Shown here in pieces: positions 40,101-47,400 of a stretch of DNA of 64,000 nt. Position numbers and translations under genes: made by a program. This stretch comes from Branchiostoma belcheri (lineage: Eukaryota). The stretch spans positions 4,393,479 through 4,457,478 of the forward strand of contig NW_017802379.1 of the NCBI RefSeq assembly GCF_001625305.1, read 5' to 3'. The number at the start of each line of letters is the position of its first letter. The first letter of the stretch is position 1. The notes beneath the pieces are model-generated. The model was not told the DNA's origin. It saw only the letters and a list, made by a program, of their open reading frames with translations, and ran no database searches.

Positions 40101-41037
40101 GCTGTACATCAAAAGTGCGTAATTTATGGTAGCCATTACTTGTGGTTCATTTTTAAAGATTGAGACAGTGAAATGCATCTCCTTGTGCAATTTGTAAGAA
40201 TCATGCACTGTGCACCTTCAGGCCATTAACTAAAGCCATGCAATTCCTTTGTCCCTTTTATACCAAGGCAGAAATGGGCAGGCATGCCCTTTTGAAACAG
40301 ATACAGAGACAGGTTGTGCATGTGCATATAAATTGTACAGTTGGTAATAGAGCTGATGGTCTGTTTGAAATGACTGCATAATCCAGAGATAATGGGCTTC
40401 ACAATGGATGAGGATAGCACAGAGCTATTGCACTTCAGGACTGCCTACTCTGTAGTAGATAAAATGTGATATGTACACATATATGTCAAGAACATTGTGA
40501 CAAAACTCAAAATTGCAAAACTAAACTTATACTAGCTAACTTATACCAAATGTTCCATATAAATTATAATGCTGGTAATGATGAAAGAACAAATACAGAA
40601 ATTAAACATTGTACAACTGCCATAAAATGAGAAAAAAGGAACACAAAATATCACTATAACTATCAAAATACATGTACATGTAATCTTTTTTCTTAAAATA
40701 ACCAATTACAATGTAGGTAAGTCAGCAATAGAAACAGTACTAGTGCCACCTTAAGATATGCCATGATACACGCAATACAGGTTTGAGTCGTTCAAACTTT
40801 GACATGATAACCAGGATCAGTACTATATAACATGTTCTTACCTGCAGCTGCACCTTTTGCAGCACCTGGAGCACCCTTGCCAGCTCCAGCTGCAGTTTTG
40901 GCTGCACCTGCTGCACCTTTAGCTGCACCTGCCGCACCCTTAGCAGCTGTACCACCAGCCTTGGGGATGCCTGTGGCTCCAGGTTTGGCTATTTTACTGG
41001 GCGGTTTCAGCCCAGACGGTTTCCCTGTCGTACTCAT
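1026..41037 (-). CDS. CLIP-170-like CAP-Gly linker protein gene (gene-level span; at least 54 coding exons in window, 3' end beyond window start)
   Basis: Exon 1 starts [20 protein letters not shown], matching the CLIP-170 N-terminus. Two CAP-Gly domains with GKNDG motifs sit in the 39156-39828 exon, followed by Ser-rich linkers and a very long coiled-coil. Splice phases were checked consistent across most junctions. Exons in the window total about 6.8 kb of CDS with no stop. Confidence 0.8.
2105..2221 (-). CDS. CLIP-like 39-aa repeat exon
   Basis: Encodes [39 protein letters not shown]. Acceptor is ctttcag|CAA, donor AAG|GTGCCT. Confidence 0.75.
2375..2491 (-). CDS. CLIP-like 39-aa repeat exon (close paralogue of 2905-3021)
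   Basis: Encodes [39 protein letters not shown]. Acceptor is aatacag|AAC, donor AAG|GTATGG. Confidence 0.75.
2655..2848 (+). repeat. SINE-like dispersed repeat copy
   Basis: Has the same family blocks: GGCTTCCAG, TTCCCCCACCCATGTGCTGTCAA and CCACCCAAAACAATACTTCC. Confidence 0.5.
2905..3021 (-). CDS. CLIP-like 39-aa repeat exon
   Basis: Encodes [39 protein letters not shown]. Acceptor is tgaacag|AAC, donor CAG|GTATTT. Confidence 0.75.
3154..3270 (-). CDS. CLIP-like 39-aa repeat exon
   Basis: Encodes [39 protein letters not shown]. Acceptor is ccacag|CTA, donor AAG|GTTTGT. Confidence 0.7.
3431..3547 (-). CDS. CLIP-like 39-aa repeat exon
   Basis: Encodes [39 protein letters not shown]. Acceptor is gtgcag|CAA, donor GAG|GTCAGC. 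Confidence 0.7.
3900..4016 (-). CDS. CLIP-like 39-aa repeat exon
   Basis: Encodes [39 protein letters not shown]. Acceptor is ccccag|GCA, donor CAA|GTATGT. Confidence 0.75.
4133..4249 (-). CDS. CLIP-like 39-aa repeat exon
   Basis: Encodes [39 protein letters not shown]. Acceptor is ttctag|AAA, donor AAG|GTGAAG. Confidence 0.75.
4501..4617 (-). CDS. CLIP-like 39-aa repeat exon
   Basis: Encodes [39 protein letters not shown]. Acceptor is ttgacag|CAA, donor GAG|GTAAGA. Confidence 0.75.
4795..4998 (+). repeat. SINE-like dispersed repeat, full-length-looking copy (3' end CCACCCCAAACAATACTTCCATACC)
   Basis: It shares the blocks AATCCTTGGCTTCC(T/A)GAATTC, GTCATTCTGC(A/C)TGTCAATCTTCCCC, CCACCCATGTG and ACCCAAAACAATACTTCCATACC with copies at 2655-2848, 19430-19560, 49690-49797, 50630-50783 and 34898-34947. 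Confidence 0.55.
4995..5337. mobile_element. MITE-like non-autonomous DNA transposon (343 bp) with terminal inverted repeats
   Basis: The termini CTAGCAGGGTTAGACAAGT ... ACTTGTCCAACCCTGCCTAG form a 19-20 bp TIR with one mismatch. Alternatively a 15-bp TIR is flanked by a CCTAG direct repeat. The interior carries reiterated palindromic GGGCAAGT(A/G)AA hairpin motifs. It has no coding capacity and is intronic in the CLIP-like gene. Confidence 0.6.
5355..5471 (-). CDS. CLIP-like 39-aa repeat exon
   Basis: Encodes [39 protein letters not shown]. Acceptor is cttacag|CAA, donor AAG|GTGAGA. Confidence 0.75.
5620..5736 (-). CDS. CLIP-like 39-aa repeat exon
   Basis: Encodes [39 protein letters not shown]. 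Acceptor is ctttag|CAA, donor AAG|GTTGGT. Confidence 0.7.
5894..6010 (-). CDS. CLIP-like 39-aa repeat exon
   Basis: Encodes [39 protein letters not shown]. Acceptor is ttacag|CAA, donor AAG|GTATGT. Confidence 0.75.
6197..6313 (-). CDS. CLIP-like 39-aa repeat exon
   Basis: Encodes [39 protein letters not shown]. Acceptor is cccacag|GAG, donor AAG|GTTAGA. Confidence 0.75.
6590..6690 (-). repeat. Possible tRNA-derived SINE head fragment
   Basis: The minus strand reads ...GTGGAGTGTCTGCCTTGCATTTAGTAGATTGTTCGATCCCTGACTGAGTCA. It has a T-arm-like GTTCGATCC and an anticodon-arm-like segment. It is not a complete cloverleaf. Confidence 0.25.
6881..7018 (-). CDS. CLIP-like repeat exon (46 aa variant)
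   Basis: Encodes [46 protein letters not shown]. Acceptor is tcttag|ACT, donor TTG|GTAAGG. Confidence 0.7.
7404..7520 (-). CDS. CLIP-like 39-aa repeat exon
   Basis: Encodes [39 protein letters not shown]. Acceptor is ctccag|CAA, donor AAG|GTACTT. Confidence 0.75.
7600..7870. repeat. Intronic CCAAT-rich repeat cluster (reiterated CCAATCAGCACCAAGG units)
   Basis: There are at least 5 degenerate copies of (A/G)CCAATCAG(C/T)ACCAAGGACA(G/A) interleaved with GACCCAATCTGCAAAATG(C/T)TGA(G/A)GTTGACCAATCAG. The same composite recurs at 8735-9015 and 10480-10610 within the exon-repeat array. Confidence 0.6.
7976..8092 (-). CDS. CLIP-like 39-aa repeat exon
   Basis: Encodes [39 protein letters not shown]. 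Acceptor is ttacag|AAA, donor GAG|GTGAAT. Confidence 0.75.
8230..8346 (-). CDS. CLIP-like 39-aa repeat exon
   Basis: Encodes [39 protein letters not shown]. Acceptor is gaatag|CAA, donor AAG|GTTAGT. Confidence 0.75.
8509..8625 (-). CDS. CLIP-like 39-aa repeat exon
   Basis: Encodes [39 protein letters not shown]. Acceptor is aaacag|CAA, donor AAG|GTGAGG. Confidence 0.8.
8735..9015. repeat. Intronic CCAAT-rich repeat cluster (second copy)
   Basis: Begins CTATGGTGACAATTGACAAATCAACATCAAGCTACTAGCTAATCAGCAGCAAGG...GTTGACCAATCAGCACCAAGGACAG... Confidence 0.6.
9028..9144 (-). CDS. CLIP-like 39-aa repeat exon
   Basis: Encodes [39 protein letters not shown]. Acceptor is gaacag|TTA, donor GAG|GTAAGA. 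Confidence 0.75.
9304..9390 (-). CDS. CLIP-like repeat exon (29 aa variant)
   Basis: Encodes [29 protein letters not shown]. Acceptor is ttctag|GCT, donor GAC|GTAAGT. Confidence 0.7.
9563..9709 (-). CDS. CLIP-like repeat exon (49 aa variant)
   Basis: Encodes [49 protein letters not shown]. Acceptor is tttgcag|CAA, donor CAG|GTAGGG. Confidence 0.75.
9928..10044 (-). CDS. CLIP-like 39-aa repeat exon
   Basis: Encodes [39 protein letters not shown]. Acceptor is tttcag|AAA, donor GAA|GTGAGT. Confidence 0.75.
10315..10431 (-). CDS. CLIP-like 39-aa repeat exon
   Basis: Encodes [39 protein letters not shown]. Acceptor is caatag|CAA, donor GAG|GTACAT. Confidence 0.75.
10480..10610. repeat. Intronic CCAAT-rich repeat cluster (third copy)
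   Basis: Contains CTATGGTGACAACATCAAGGTGGTAGCCAATCAGCACCAAGG...ATCCAATCTGCAAAATGTTTGGGTTGACCAATCAGCACCAAGGACAAG. Confidence 0.6.
10737..10853 (-). CDS. CLIP-like 39-aa repeat exon
   Basis: Encodes [39 protein letters not shown]. Acceptor is caacag|CAA, donor GAG|GTTGGT. Confidence 0.7.
11647..11763 (-). CDS. CLIP-like 39-aa repeat exon
   Basis: Encodes [39 protein letters not shown]. Acceptor is ctaatag|CAA, donor GCG|GTTTGT. Confidence 0.7.
12072..12188 (-). CDS. CLIP-like 39-aa repeat exon
   Basis: Encodes [39 protein letters not shown]. Acceptor is tcatag|CAA, donor GAG|GTCAGT. Confidence 0.7.
12649..12765 (-). CDS. CLIP-like 39-aa repeat exon (117 bp, phase 0)
   Basis: Encodes [39 protein letters not shown]. 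Acceptor is caacag|CAA, donor AAG|GTACAT. Confidence 0.75.
13459..13551 (-). CDS. CLIP-like exon 27 (31 aa, GC-rich)
   Basis: Encodes [31 protein letters not shown]. Acceptor is acgcag|TTC, donor CAG|GTGCGT. Confidence 0.7.
14103..14219 (-). CDS. CLIP-like exon 26 (117 bp, GC-rich)
   Basis: Encodes [39 protein letters not shown]. Acceptor is gctcag|GCC, donor AAG|GTTTGC. Confidence 0.7.
15132..15224 (-). CDS. CLIP-like exon 25 (31 aa)
   Basis: Encodes [31 protein letters not shown]. Acceptor is aatag|GCT, donor CAG|GTACAT. Confidence 0.7.
16007..16123 (-). CDS. CLIP-like exon 24 (117 bp, 39 aa)
   Basis: Encodes [39 protein letters not shown]. Acceptor is aaccag|GAA, donor AAG|GTTGGG. Confidence 0.7.
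16345..16465 (-). CDS. CLIP-like exon 23
   Basis: Encodes (I)[40 protein letters not shown]. Acceptor is taaacag|A, donor AAG|GTAAAC. Confidence 0.7.
18074..18180 (-). CDS. CLIP-like exon 22
   Basis: Encodes [35 protein letters not shown](+2). Acceptor is cccag|CTC, donor AT|GTGAGT. Its phase matches the 121-bp exon 23. Confidence 0.7.
18471..18608 (-). CDS. CLIP-like exon 21 (5' boundary approximate)
   Basis: Encodes ...([10 protein letters not shown])[36 protein letters not shown]. Donor is GAG|GTAATG. The acceptor is ambiguous between caatcag|GTT and others. Confidence 0.45.
19171..19374 (-). CDS. CLIP-like exon 20 (68-aa coiled-coil, GC-rich)
   Basis: Encodes [68 protein letters not shown]. 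Acceptor is ccatag|GAA, donor GAT|GTACGT. Confidence 0.7.
19430..19560 (+). repeat. SINE-like dispersed repeat copy (5' part)
   Basis: Contains AATCCTTGGCTTCCAGAATTAAC...GTCATTCTGTCTGTCAATCTTCTCCCACCCACTTGCTGTCAAC. Confidence 0.5.
21131..21168. repeat. Microsatellite (GTTT)n
   Basis: Reads gtttctttgtttgtttgtttgtttgtttgtttg. A short imperfect copy at 21140-21170 was also seen in ORF 21098-21310. Confidence 0.9.
22191..22905 (-). CDS. Ser/Pro-rich ORF nested in a CLIP-like intron, same strand: candidate alternative terminal exon or nested gene
   Basis: About 238 codons preceded by an excellent minus-strand acceptor (cttccatctctttctctctccaccttctcttcccag|TGG) and ending at TGA. It is CpG/GC-rich, unlike the flanking intron. 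The low-complexity protein has SPxxSP, PPPPKSP and YYRP motifs. Confidence 0.35.
23577..23792 (-). CDS. CLIP-like exon 19 (72-aa coiled-coil, GC-rich)
   Basis: Encodes [72 protein letters not shown]. Acceptor is ctccgcag|GAG, donor AAG|GTTGGT. Confidence 0.75.
27064..27229 (-). CDS. CLIP-like exon 18 (coiled-coil)
   Basis: Encodes (K)[55 protein letters not shown]. Acceptor is catcag|A, donor ATG|GTGAGG. Confidence 0.75.
27759..27847 (-). CDS. CLIP-like exon 17
   Basis: Encodes [29 protein letters not shown](K). Acceptor is cttccag|GAG, donor AA|GTGAGT. Confidence 0.7.
28229..28296 (-). CDS. CLIP-like exon 16
   Basis: Encodes (E)[22 protein letters not shown]. Acceptor is ccacag|AG, donor CTG|GTATGA. 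Confidence 0.65.
28616..28699 (-). CDS. CLIP-like exon 15
   Basis: Encodes (E)[27 protein letters not shown](+1). Acceptor is ttcacag|AA, donor CTG|GTGAGT. Confidence 0.7.
28815..28872 (-). CDS. CLIP-like exon 14
   Basis: Encodes [19 protein letters not shown](+1). Acceptor is taacag|AAA, donor AAG|GTAAGG. Phase 1 out. Confidence 0.65.
29226..29495 (-). CDS. CLIP-like exon 13 (90-aa coiled-coil, GC-rich)
   Basis: Encodes [90 protein letters not shown]. Acceptor is ctccag|GCC, donor ATG|GTAAGA. Confidence 0.75.
30166..30195 (-). CDS. CLIP-like exon 12 (30-bp micro-exon, tentative)
   Basis: Encodes [10 protein letters not shown]. It has a good acceptor with a polypyrimidine tract (ttgttaag|GTT) and donor AAG|GTAAAA. 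It keeps phase 0 between exons 11 and 13. Confidence 0.45.
31219..31323 (-). CDS. CLIP-like exon 11 (coiled-coil)
   Basis: Encodes [35 protein letters not shown]. Acceptor is ctaacag|ACA, donor CGG|GTAATG. Sequence is GC-rich. Confidence 0.7.
34786..34846 (-). CDS. CLIP-like exon 10
   Basis: Encodes (R)[20 protein letters not shown]. Acceptor is tttttag|G, donor GAG|GTAAAA. Confidence 0.65.
34898..34947 (+). repeat. SINE-like repeat 3' fragment
   Basis: Contains CACCCAAAACAATACTTCCATACC only. Confidence 0.4.
35124..35227 (-). CDS. CLIP-like exon 9 (coiled-coil)
   Basis: Encodes [34 protein letters not shown](R). Acceptor is tttgcag|TAT, donor AG|GTACAG. The 2-base overhang pairs with the next exon. 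Confidence 0.7.
35439..35480 (-). CDS. CLIP-like exon 8 (42-bp mini-exon)
   Basis: Encodes [14 protein letters not shown]. Acceptor is attgcag|TCT, donor AAG|GTGAGA. Confidence 0.65.
35726..35824 (-). CDS. CLIP-like exon 7 (coiled-coil)
   Basis: Encodes [33 protein letters not shown]. Acceptor is ccaacag|GAG, donor GAG|GTGCGA. Phase 0 at both ends. Confidence 0.7.
37288..37341 (-). CDS. CLIP-like exon 6 (tentative; donor uncertain)
   Basis: Encodes [18 protein letters not shown] after a cttttaag|GAA acceptor. The only in-phase donor is the weak ATG|GTTGTC, so the 3' boundary is uncertain. Confidence 0.35.
37889..37951 (-). CDS. CLIP-like exon 5
   Basis: Encodes [21 protein letters not shown]. 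Acceptor is gctcag|GAA, donor CAG|GTACTG. Phase 0 at both ends. Confidence 0.75.
38219..38382 (-). CDS. CLIP-like exon 4 (Ser-rich linker)
   Basis: Encodes [54 protein letters not shown]. Acceptor is ttgtag|GC, donor TCT|GTAAGT. The frame is continuous with its neighbours. Confidence 0.8.
38513..38625 (-). CDS. CLIP-like exon 3 (end of second CAP-Gly domain)
   Basis: Encodes (R)[37 protein letters not shown](G). This matches the conserved [17 protein letters not shown] region of CLIP-170. Acceptor is gacag|A, donor CAG|GTGGGA. Confidence 0.85.
39156..39828 (-). CDS. CLIP-like exon 2: two CAP-Gly domains plus Ser-rich linker
   Basis: Contains [59 protein letters not shown] and [48 protein letters not shown]. 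Acceptor is ttacag|GC, donor AG|GTGAGG. Phases link to exons 1 and 3. Confidence 0.9.
40842..41037 (-). CDS. CLIP-like exon 1 (start codon 41035-41037)
   Basis: ATG followed by [64 protein letters not shown]. Donor is G|GTAAGA, phase 1. An upstream in-frame stop is present. The Ala/Gly/Lys-rich N-terminus resembles CLIP-170. Confidence 0.8.
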
Positions 41038-44000
41038 CTTGTTTCTTTAGAACTTATCTTCTTGAGATTTCTTATGCTTCATTCCTGACGTTTGGTGTCT
41101 TCAGCTGTTTCGCGTTTCCGTTTGTTTTCAAAGTTATTCCCTCAGGGTTCGTACCTTTGCTATTTTTATTTCGATGGCCTGTTATGCAGAGATTTTCAAC
41201 TTGACCGAAGCAGTGTAGTCACTCACATTTGACATTTACCTAAGGCGACCTTTTCTTTTTGCTTTCTTGTACACAGAGAATATTTTCCTTTAAATGAATA
41301 ATGCTTTCCTTGGCAATATGGCTGGGGCAAGTACATGGGCTGATTCTTCATCAGTCTTAGAAGGAGTTCTTCTTTATCCTAAGGAACTTGTGTCCTTTGC
41401 AGGATATCTGGAGTGACAAAAAAGAAAAAGATTTTATTCAAATTCCTGTGGTCAGGAGATTGAAATAGGCATTAAAACATGTCACAATTGATGCATGCCT
41501 TTGGGCTTGTTGTTCCAGATTTTGCTGCACAAACATACCACAGATATCCTAGACCATGAAGACAAACTGGTCTTCCCAGAGGACCAGTAGAAATATGTTC
41601 TATATAGGACATTCTACACCATTCTGTATCAGTGACCTTAATATGGGGACACTTGGGTTGGGTCTGTACAGTTGCTAAATCACTCAAACAGATAGAAACA
41701 TTTGAAAATTGTTTTTAAGAGTATGTCTTATTCCTACATAACGATAATATGTCACATTGTATAGTCATGTGGAAAATTCTTTTAGAAAGGTTTAGAAATG
41801 ATCTGTAAGTATGCAATACAATAGAAGAATGTATGGGATGAGTCAGTTGAGACATAATAATCCCAAATTTGACTTACAATTTTGTAAAGTTTCCATAATA
41901 ACAGTTTAATGAGACCGTGCTGGGAGTTGGGAAATGTCTAAAGCCAAGGCTGATGCCAAGATAACACTGTTGTGTCTACACCAGGGCTATAAGTAGTAGT
42001 AAGGCAGATACAGTTATCTATTGGTGTTACTGCAGTCAGAACCAGAGTTGGAGCAACAAGATATGGATGAATTAAGATACATCTAGTATATATTATGCAA
42101 TGCAAGATATGGTATTAAAATCACAACTACAGATGGAAGACTATACCATTCAAAACTGATTAAGACAAGGACAACTATGATACTGGTATAGTATATATAC
42201 TGAATCAGATATGCAAAATACACTGCATGTGTTGACAATGTTTTATATACTATCACTGAATTTTAGATAGTGCAAAATCATTTAAGGTGAAGGCTTTTGA
42301 TTCAATCTGATTCATTGCACAAGAATACCCAAAAAAAAGTTTTACAATAAGATTAAAGACATTTTCAACTCATAACAACACAACACAATATGTCAAATAA
42401 AAGATGAAATTGATGGTCTTTATCAGACCTCATGCTGAGATGTAGACAACAAAAATCCCCCAGGAAAACGATGGCCACATTTGATCCCAGGTCAGATTGT
42501 CACCCTTGTACCACATGCTGGGTAAGGACAGTTACTGAGTTAGGGGGTGAGCTGAATATCAATTAGTTCAAAACATTCCCCAAACTTTAATACACAAAAA
42601 CCTACGTACTTACACGGACTGACGCCATCCCTGTTACCGCATTACATGGTACAACTTGGTTAAAAACACATGCGGTAAAATAGGACATAACATGGCCAAG
42701 GACGGGTCTAAAACGGATTGTGACTAAAAGGAAAGCTGTGTATCCTACAACTGGGGTCAACTACAAGTGGAGGGGTTCCAAATGTCAGACTACCATAGGG
42801 ATGGGACAGACCATTCATTTACAGGGAGGGTTTGGGAGGACTTTGTGTCAGTATGAGTATACAAACTAAAATCTTAGGATGTTCAAGAACAAGAGATTAA
42901 ACCTTAAACTAAGTTAAAGTATAGTTACACACATATTTCAGTCTATAAAAATGTTACCTTATTACCATAAAACAGTGGGTTATAGTCTCCCCCATCATCT
43001 TTTGAATCTGACAATGCACAGGAGCATATGACAATCATAAGACTTGTCTTCCCTAGAGTGTATACTGTAAAGCATGAAAGTTTTGAGGTGGTCTAATTTT
43101 GGCAGTTTTAGTGGTCACCTCTTCACTGTAAATTCATACCACCACAAATATGGCTCCCCGTTATATGACGACAATACCACAAAAATGTTTCAACCGCAAA
43201 TCCAAAACTTTCGCCCGCGAAACTGCAGATTAAAAACCACTGCAAAACTTTCACGATTGACAGTACATGAAATGTAGTCACTTGGAATTGCATGACTTGT
43301 TTGACCTTACATATATACATGTACATGTAAAAGGGGCAGCACTAAATTTACATGTACAAGTAGGTGATAGAAATGATACCTTTACCAGCAATGTTGACAT
43401 GGCAGAGTTCCAACCTCCTACTAGTCAACATGACCAGACCACTTGACTCTTTAAAAGTCATCAGCCTTCTGCAATCTAAACTCTAGCTGATGACTTTGGC
43501 AATCTAACTTTTCAATGTACCAATACTAATTTTAAGGCAGTGTCACAAAACCTTTCTTAAATATCAATTATAAGAATTAGAAATTTACGTCTTACTGAGG
43601 AAAAATAAGTTAAATACTGTTGAGCTATCAATTATAAAAATCATAAATATTTGTCTTATGTACTGTGGAGCTATCATTAACAACTCAACTGATATCATAG
43701 TGATATAGTTAAAAACAGATCATACTACATACTATAAGCTATCTACTGTCACATTCCTAAATCATTTTCTGCATGTTCATGTAATGCTAACACAACAGGA
43801 TACTGTACATGCACTTCTTTTCGCAATGGTTTTAATTCACAGTAAGAGGGAAAAGCAAGTTTCTGCAGAATTTGATATTTGCAATTAAAACAATATTTTT
43901 CAATACAGTAGAATTATGACAAAATACCTTTTTGTAGTACAATGTATTATGATTTTGCAATGAATATAAAACTACTGCAAACATTTTAAGATTTACAGTA

Positions 44001-46619
44001 CTAAAGAAAGAAGACTCTTTCATCCGGATGATTCACACTTGAGCTGACTCATTAATGTCAATGGCATCGCCCTTCCCACTGTTAGATACACCACATGTTG
44101 GGCTGGGCAGATGACACATGGGGACAGGATGGCTCCACCAAGGTCATACAAGGTCATTATCAAACATACCACAAGGTCAAAGGTCACAGTTGGGCTGACT
44201 CTAATATCTACTGATTATGTACATCATGCACAAATATTCAAAATGCTTTTACACTTCAACTTAACACTCAATACTTTTTACACCTGTTTTCATAAATCAA
44301 TCCCCAAAAAACAAATTGTATCTTACGATTCACTTGCAAAACTGGCATGGCATTGGCACTGACACTGGCATTTATTACTGTACCATGTTTAACATGCACG
44401 CCTATAAAATACCTCACTCCAACTAGGCCAAAGGTTGAAGCGAGAAAAGTACTTGACATGTACGTGACCATGATTCTCCACCAGTCCTGTTTTTTGTTGA
44501 CCTCTTTCATACACCTGAATCTCTATAGCCTATACCTCTTGACCAACGCAGGCAGGACTATGGGATTGGTCTGCAGCTGGAAATTGTTTTTGATGCGATC
44601 TGTTCAGCTCATGAGATCTATGCAAATTCAATTACTGCAGGAACAATCATATTTAGATGCTGACTATTGGGCTGGTGTATAAAGAGCATGTATTCTAAAA
44701 GAGATTACCATTTGTTAAGGTGACAAAAAATCCTGTAACTGGCATGGAAGTTTTTTAAAGAATAGAATTTTAAAGCATGTCCTAGTGTTATTTTTTCTTT
44801 CCATTGTCACAAATTCCTTCCTTACCAGTCCCTTTTAGAACTTTTGATCCTGATCTATTATTGATTATTAAGGGACAAAAGCTTCCTGTGATTTGGGCTC
44901 CTGGTAATACAGGTAATCTAAGGTCAGTAAGTCCACAGTTCAAAAGACAAGCAAACAAACCTGAACAATACCTTCAGCCTCAGGTTTGAAAGAAGTACAT
45001 ATAACTTGTAAGCCTTGAATTGCCTAGGATAGCTTTGAAGTTTGACAGATAAAGATAACATTTAACAAGTTCAGACAGTTGTCATAGACTCACTGCTTCT
45101 GCTTTTAGTAGTGTTAGTAACAACTTACCGTACCATATCAATAGCTGGAGTCAGGATTGAAGAGGCTACTGTAAATTGTGAAATTGTTGCTGTGATTTAA
45201 TTTTTGTGGTTTTCACAGTGACCTCTCCAATGCAAAGCCAAGACCCTGTGACTTTGTCATCTTTGGGTACCATCAAAATTTTGGGTACCATCAAAATATG
45301 TATACCAAGAGTCAAAAGATACAGGTTATCCCATTGTTAAACAATTAGCACCACCATACTTGCGGTTCAAAGGTTCAGAAGAGATGCCGTCATTATGCAA
45401 TCCCCTCTATCACAAGATCAGTCACAAGTCAATACTGCTATCTGTGTCCTTTCAAAGCAGCCATGCTAAGCCTACGGTAACTGCATACTAATGGTGACAA
45501 TTTCATGTCTTCTTGAGAAGGCGACCAAGCAGTAGCAATTACCACGGACATTTGTCTCCGGACTGTATGTGTAACATCGCCAATAGGGATCAATACTTAA
45601 CAGATGTCACCCTTGAAAGAACAATAAAGCACCTAATATGATCATGTCATACACAATTATTCTTAATTTTCAAACTTAATGACCCTTCTGCTCATTACAC
45701 CCCCTTGCCACTAGAGGATGCAACTGCTTTGTGACCAAATTTTGTCAGATAGCTTCAGGAATTTCAAAGGAGTTTTTTTGTGTGTTTTGTTGTACAGTAT
45801 TTTAAATCATATTTCTATGTATTGTGTATCATTTTCCAATCACAAAATCAGGGGTCACACAAACCCAATTTTTATTGCTCCATGGTTAATCAGTCATCAA
45901 TCATTGCCTAGTTTTAAATACCATCAATGAATAACATTGAATTTTCTGCAACACAATATTAAACAGACACTGTACAGTCCACGTAGTTTCAAATTCAAGC
46001 CTACAACTTTGTTCTAAAGAATTATTCAGAGCTAGTAATATCCCTCAATCATTTGTAGAAGCATTATGCAGGCCAGGGGGTCTCAATGTGGAAACTGTGT
46101 AATCTTATTAACATCAGGAGTGTAGATAAACCAATCAACTATAAAGCACACGAGATTTCTCCAGTGTCACTGACGAAAGGTAGTGGATGCTACCTAAAAT
46201 GTCACACACGATGACATGACACTCACACACACATTGTCACACATTTCAAAACATCAATAATAACATCAAAACATCAATTCATGACATCATATTCTAGATC
46301 CCGTGGGATATCATCATAAAATTCAAAATGGTTTTCATATATGTTGCCTTCTTGTACACAAATTATGTCAGGAATGGTGGAAGAGAGTAAACAAAGCAGC
46401 TCCCCGGCTTCTAAACATAGACGTGACAAACAAACGTCATCAAGTCTGGCCCCAGGTCAGACGTCAAGATGTTGTTTTGGAAAGGAACACCAACTGTATA
46501 GTTTTTTACGGGAACACTACAGGCTTTAAATAAGGCAGTTTAACTACAGTAGTGTTCTATACAGATGGTCAGGTATTAAGGCAAACTAACGATTTGGGTG
46601 CAGCGCTTCCTTTGGGAAT

Positions 46620-47400
46620 ATTACATTTACGACACGTGAATATTGAAAGTTTTTGGCAACCTTGATAGACCAGAACGACTCGGCCTACGCCCCCCTCCCC
46701 CTTCACGTACCCGGACATCCCTGCTTCCACACATCAATCTGGTACGATAACCGCCTGTCAGGGACGGTCTGGGGTTACCATCCGTAACAATGAACCTTCT
46801 GTACAATAAAACAATCCACTCACGTCTTCGTGAAGCTTTGGAAACTTTCCAGGCGGCTGGTAAATTCTTGTGATCGCTGAAATCCGGGGATAGGTGCAGA
46901 CGGACAGATTCTTCGAGCACCGACTTTCGAAGGTAAATCCAGCGTTAGAAAGCCCTCGACAACAACAGCTGCTAGAATGGGCTATCTACGACGTATAAAT
47001 GAGCTACAAGGCTTTCAATCCTACGGCTCCTTCGTCCAAATCGTCTTTACATTAAGCAAAATATGACTAAAACTCTAAATCAGGTGATTACACCACCCTC
47101 TAGTGGCCATTTTCTGGGTCAGCCTTATTACACACTTGGCGCTCTCCGTCGGATTACTGCGCGACCGTACACCTGAGTGTTAATACGCGGATTGACGTTA
47201 ATGAGTACGTCTTTTGTGGGCCTTTTCTCAGTCGATGGCCGTACTCCACGCATATCTATGGGATATTTGCTCATAAAAAGCAATATTTTCCTTGTCAAAC
47301 TCGATACGTCGAGTTTTACGAGAAGCAACAGTGGTTGGAAATTACAAGTGTTGATGCACAGCGCCCTCTAGTATGGCAGAACATACTGCAGTCCATAAAA
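46620..47400. promoter_or_regulatory. CpG island; candidate promoter and non-coding first exon of the CLIP-like gene
   Basis: This is a dense CpG block in otherwise CpG-poor DNA. A minus-strand consensus donor (ACG|GTGAGTGG; exon 3' end at 46824) points toward the CLIP-like ATG exon 5.7 kb downstream. There is no coding signal. No other gene start lies nearby. Confidence 0.4.

Noticed and set aside
46627-46920. 97-aa minus-strand ORF inside the CpG island
   Set aside because: The ORF is Arg/Gly-rich as expected of CpG-rich sequence. It has no homology signal and no codon-usage match to neighbouring genes. It is better explained as promoter/5'UTR DNA.
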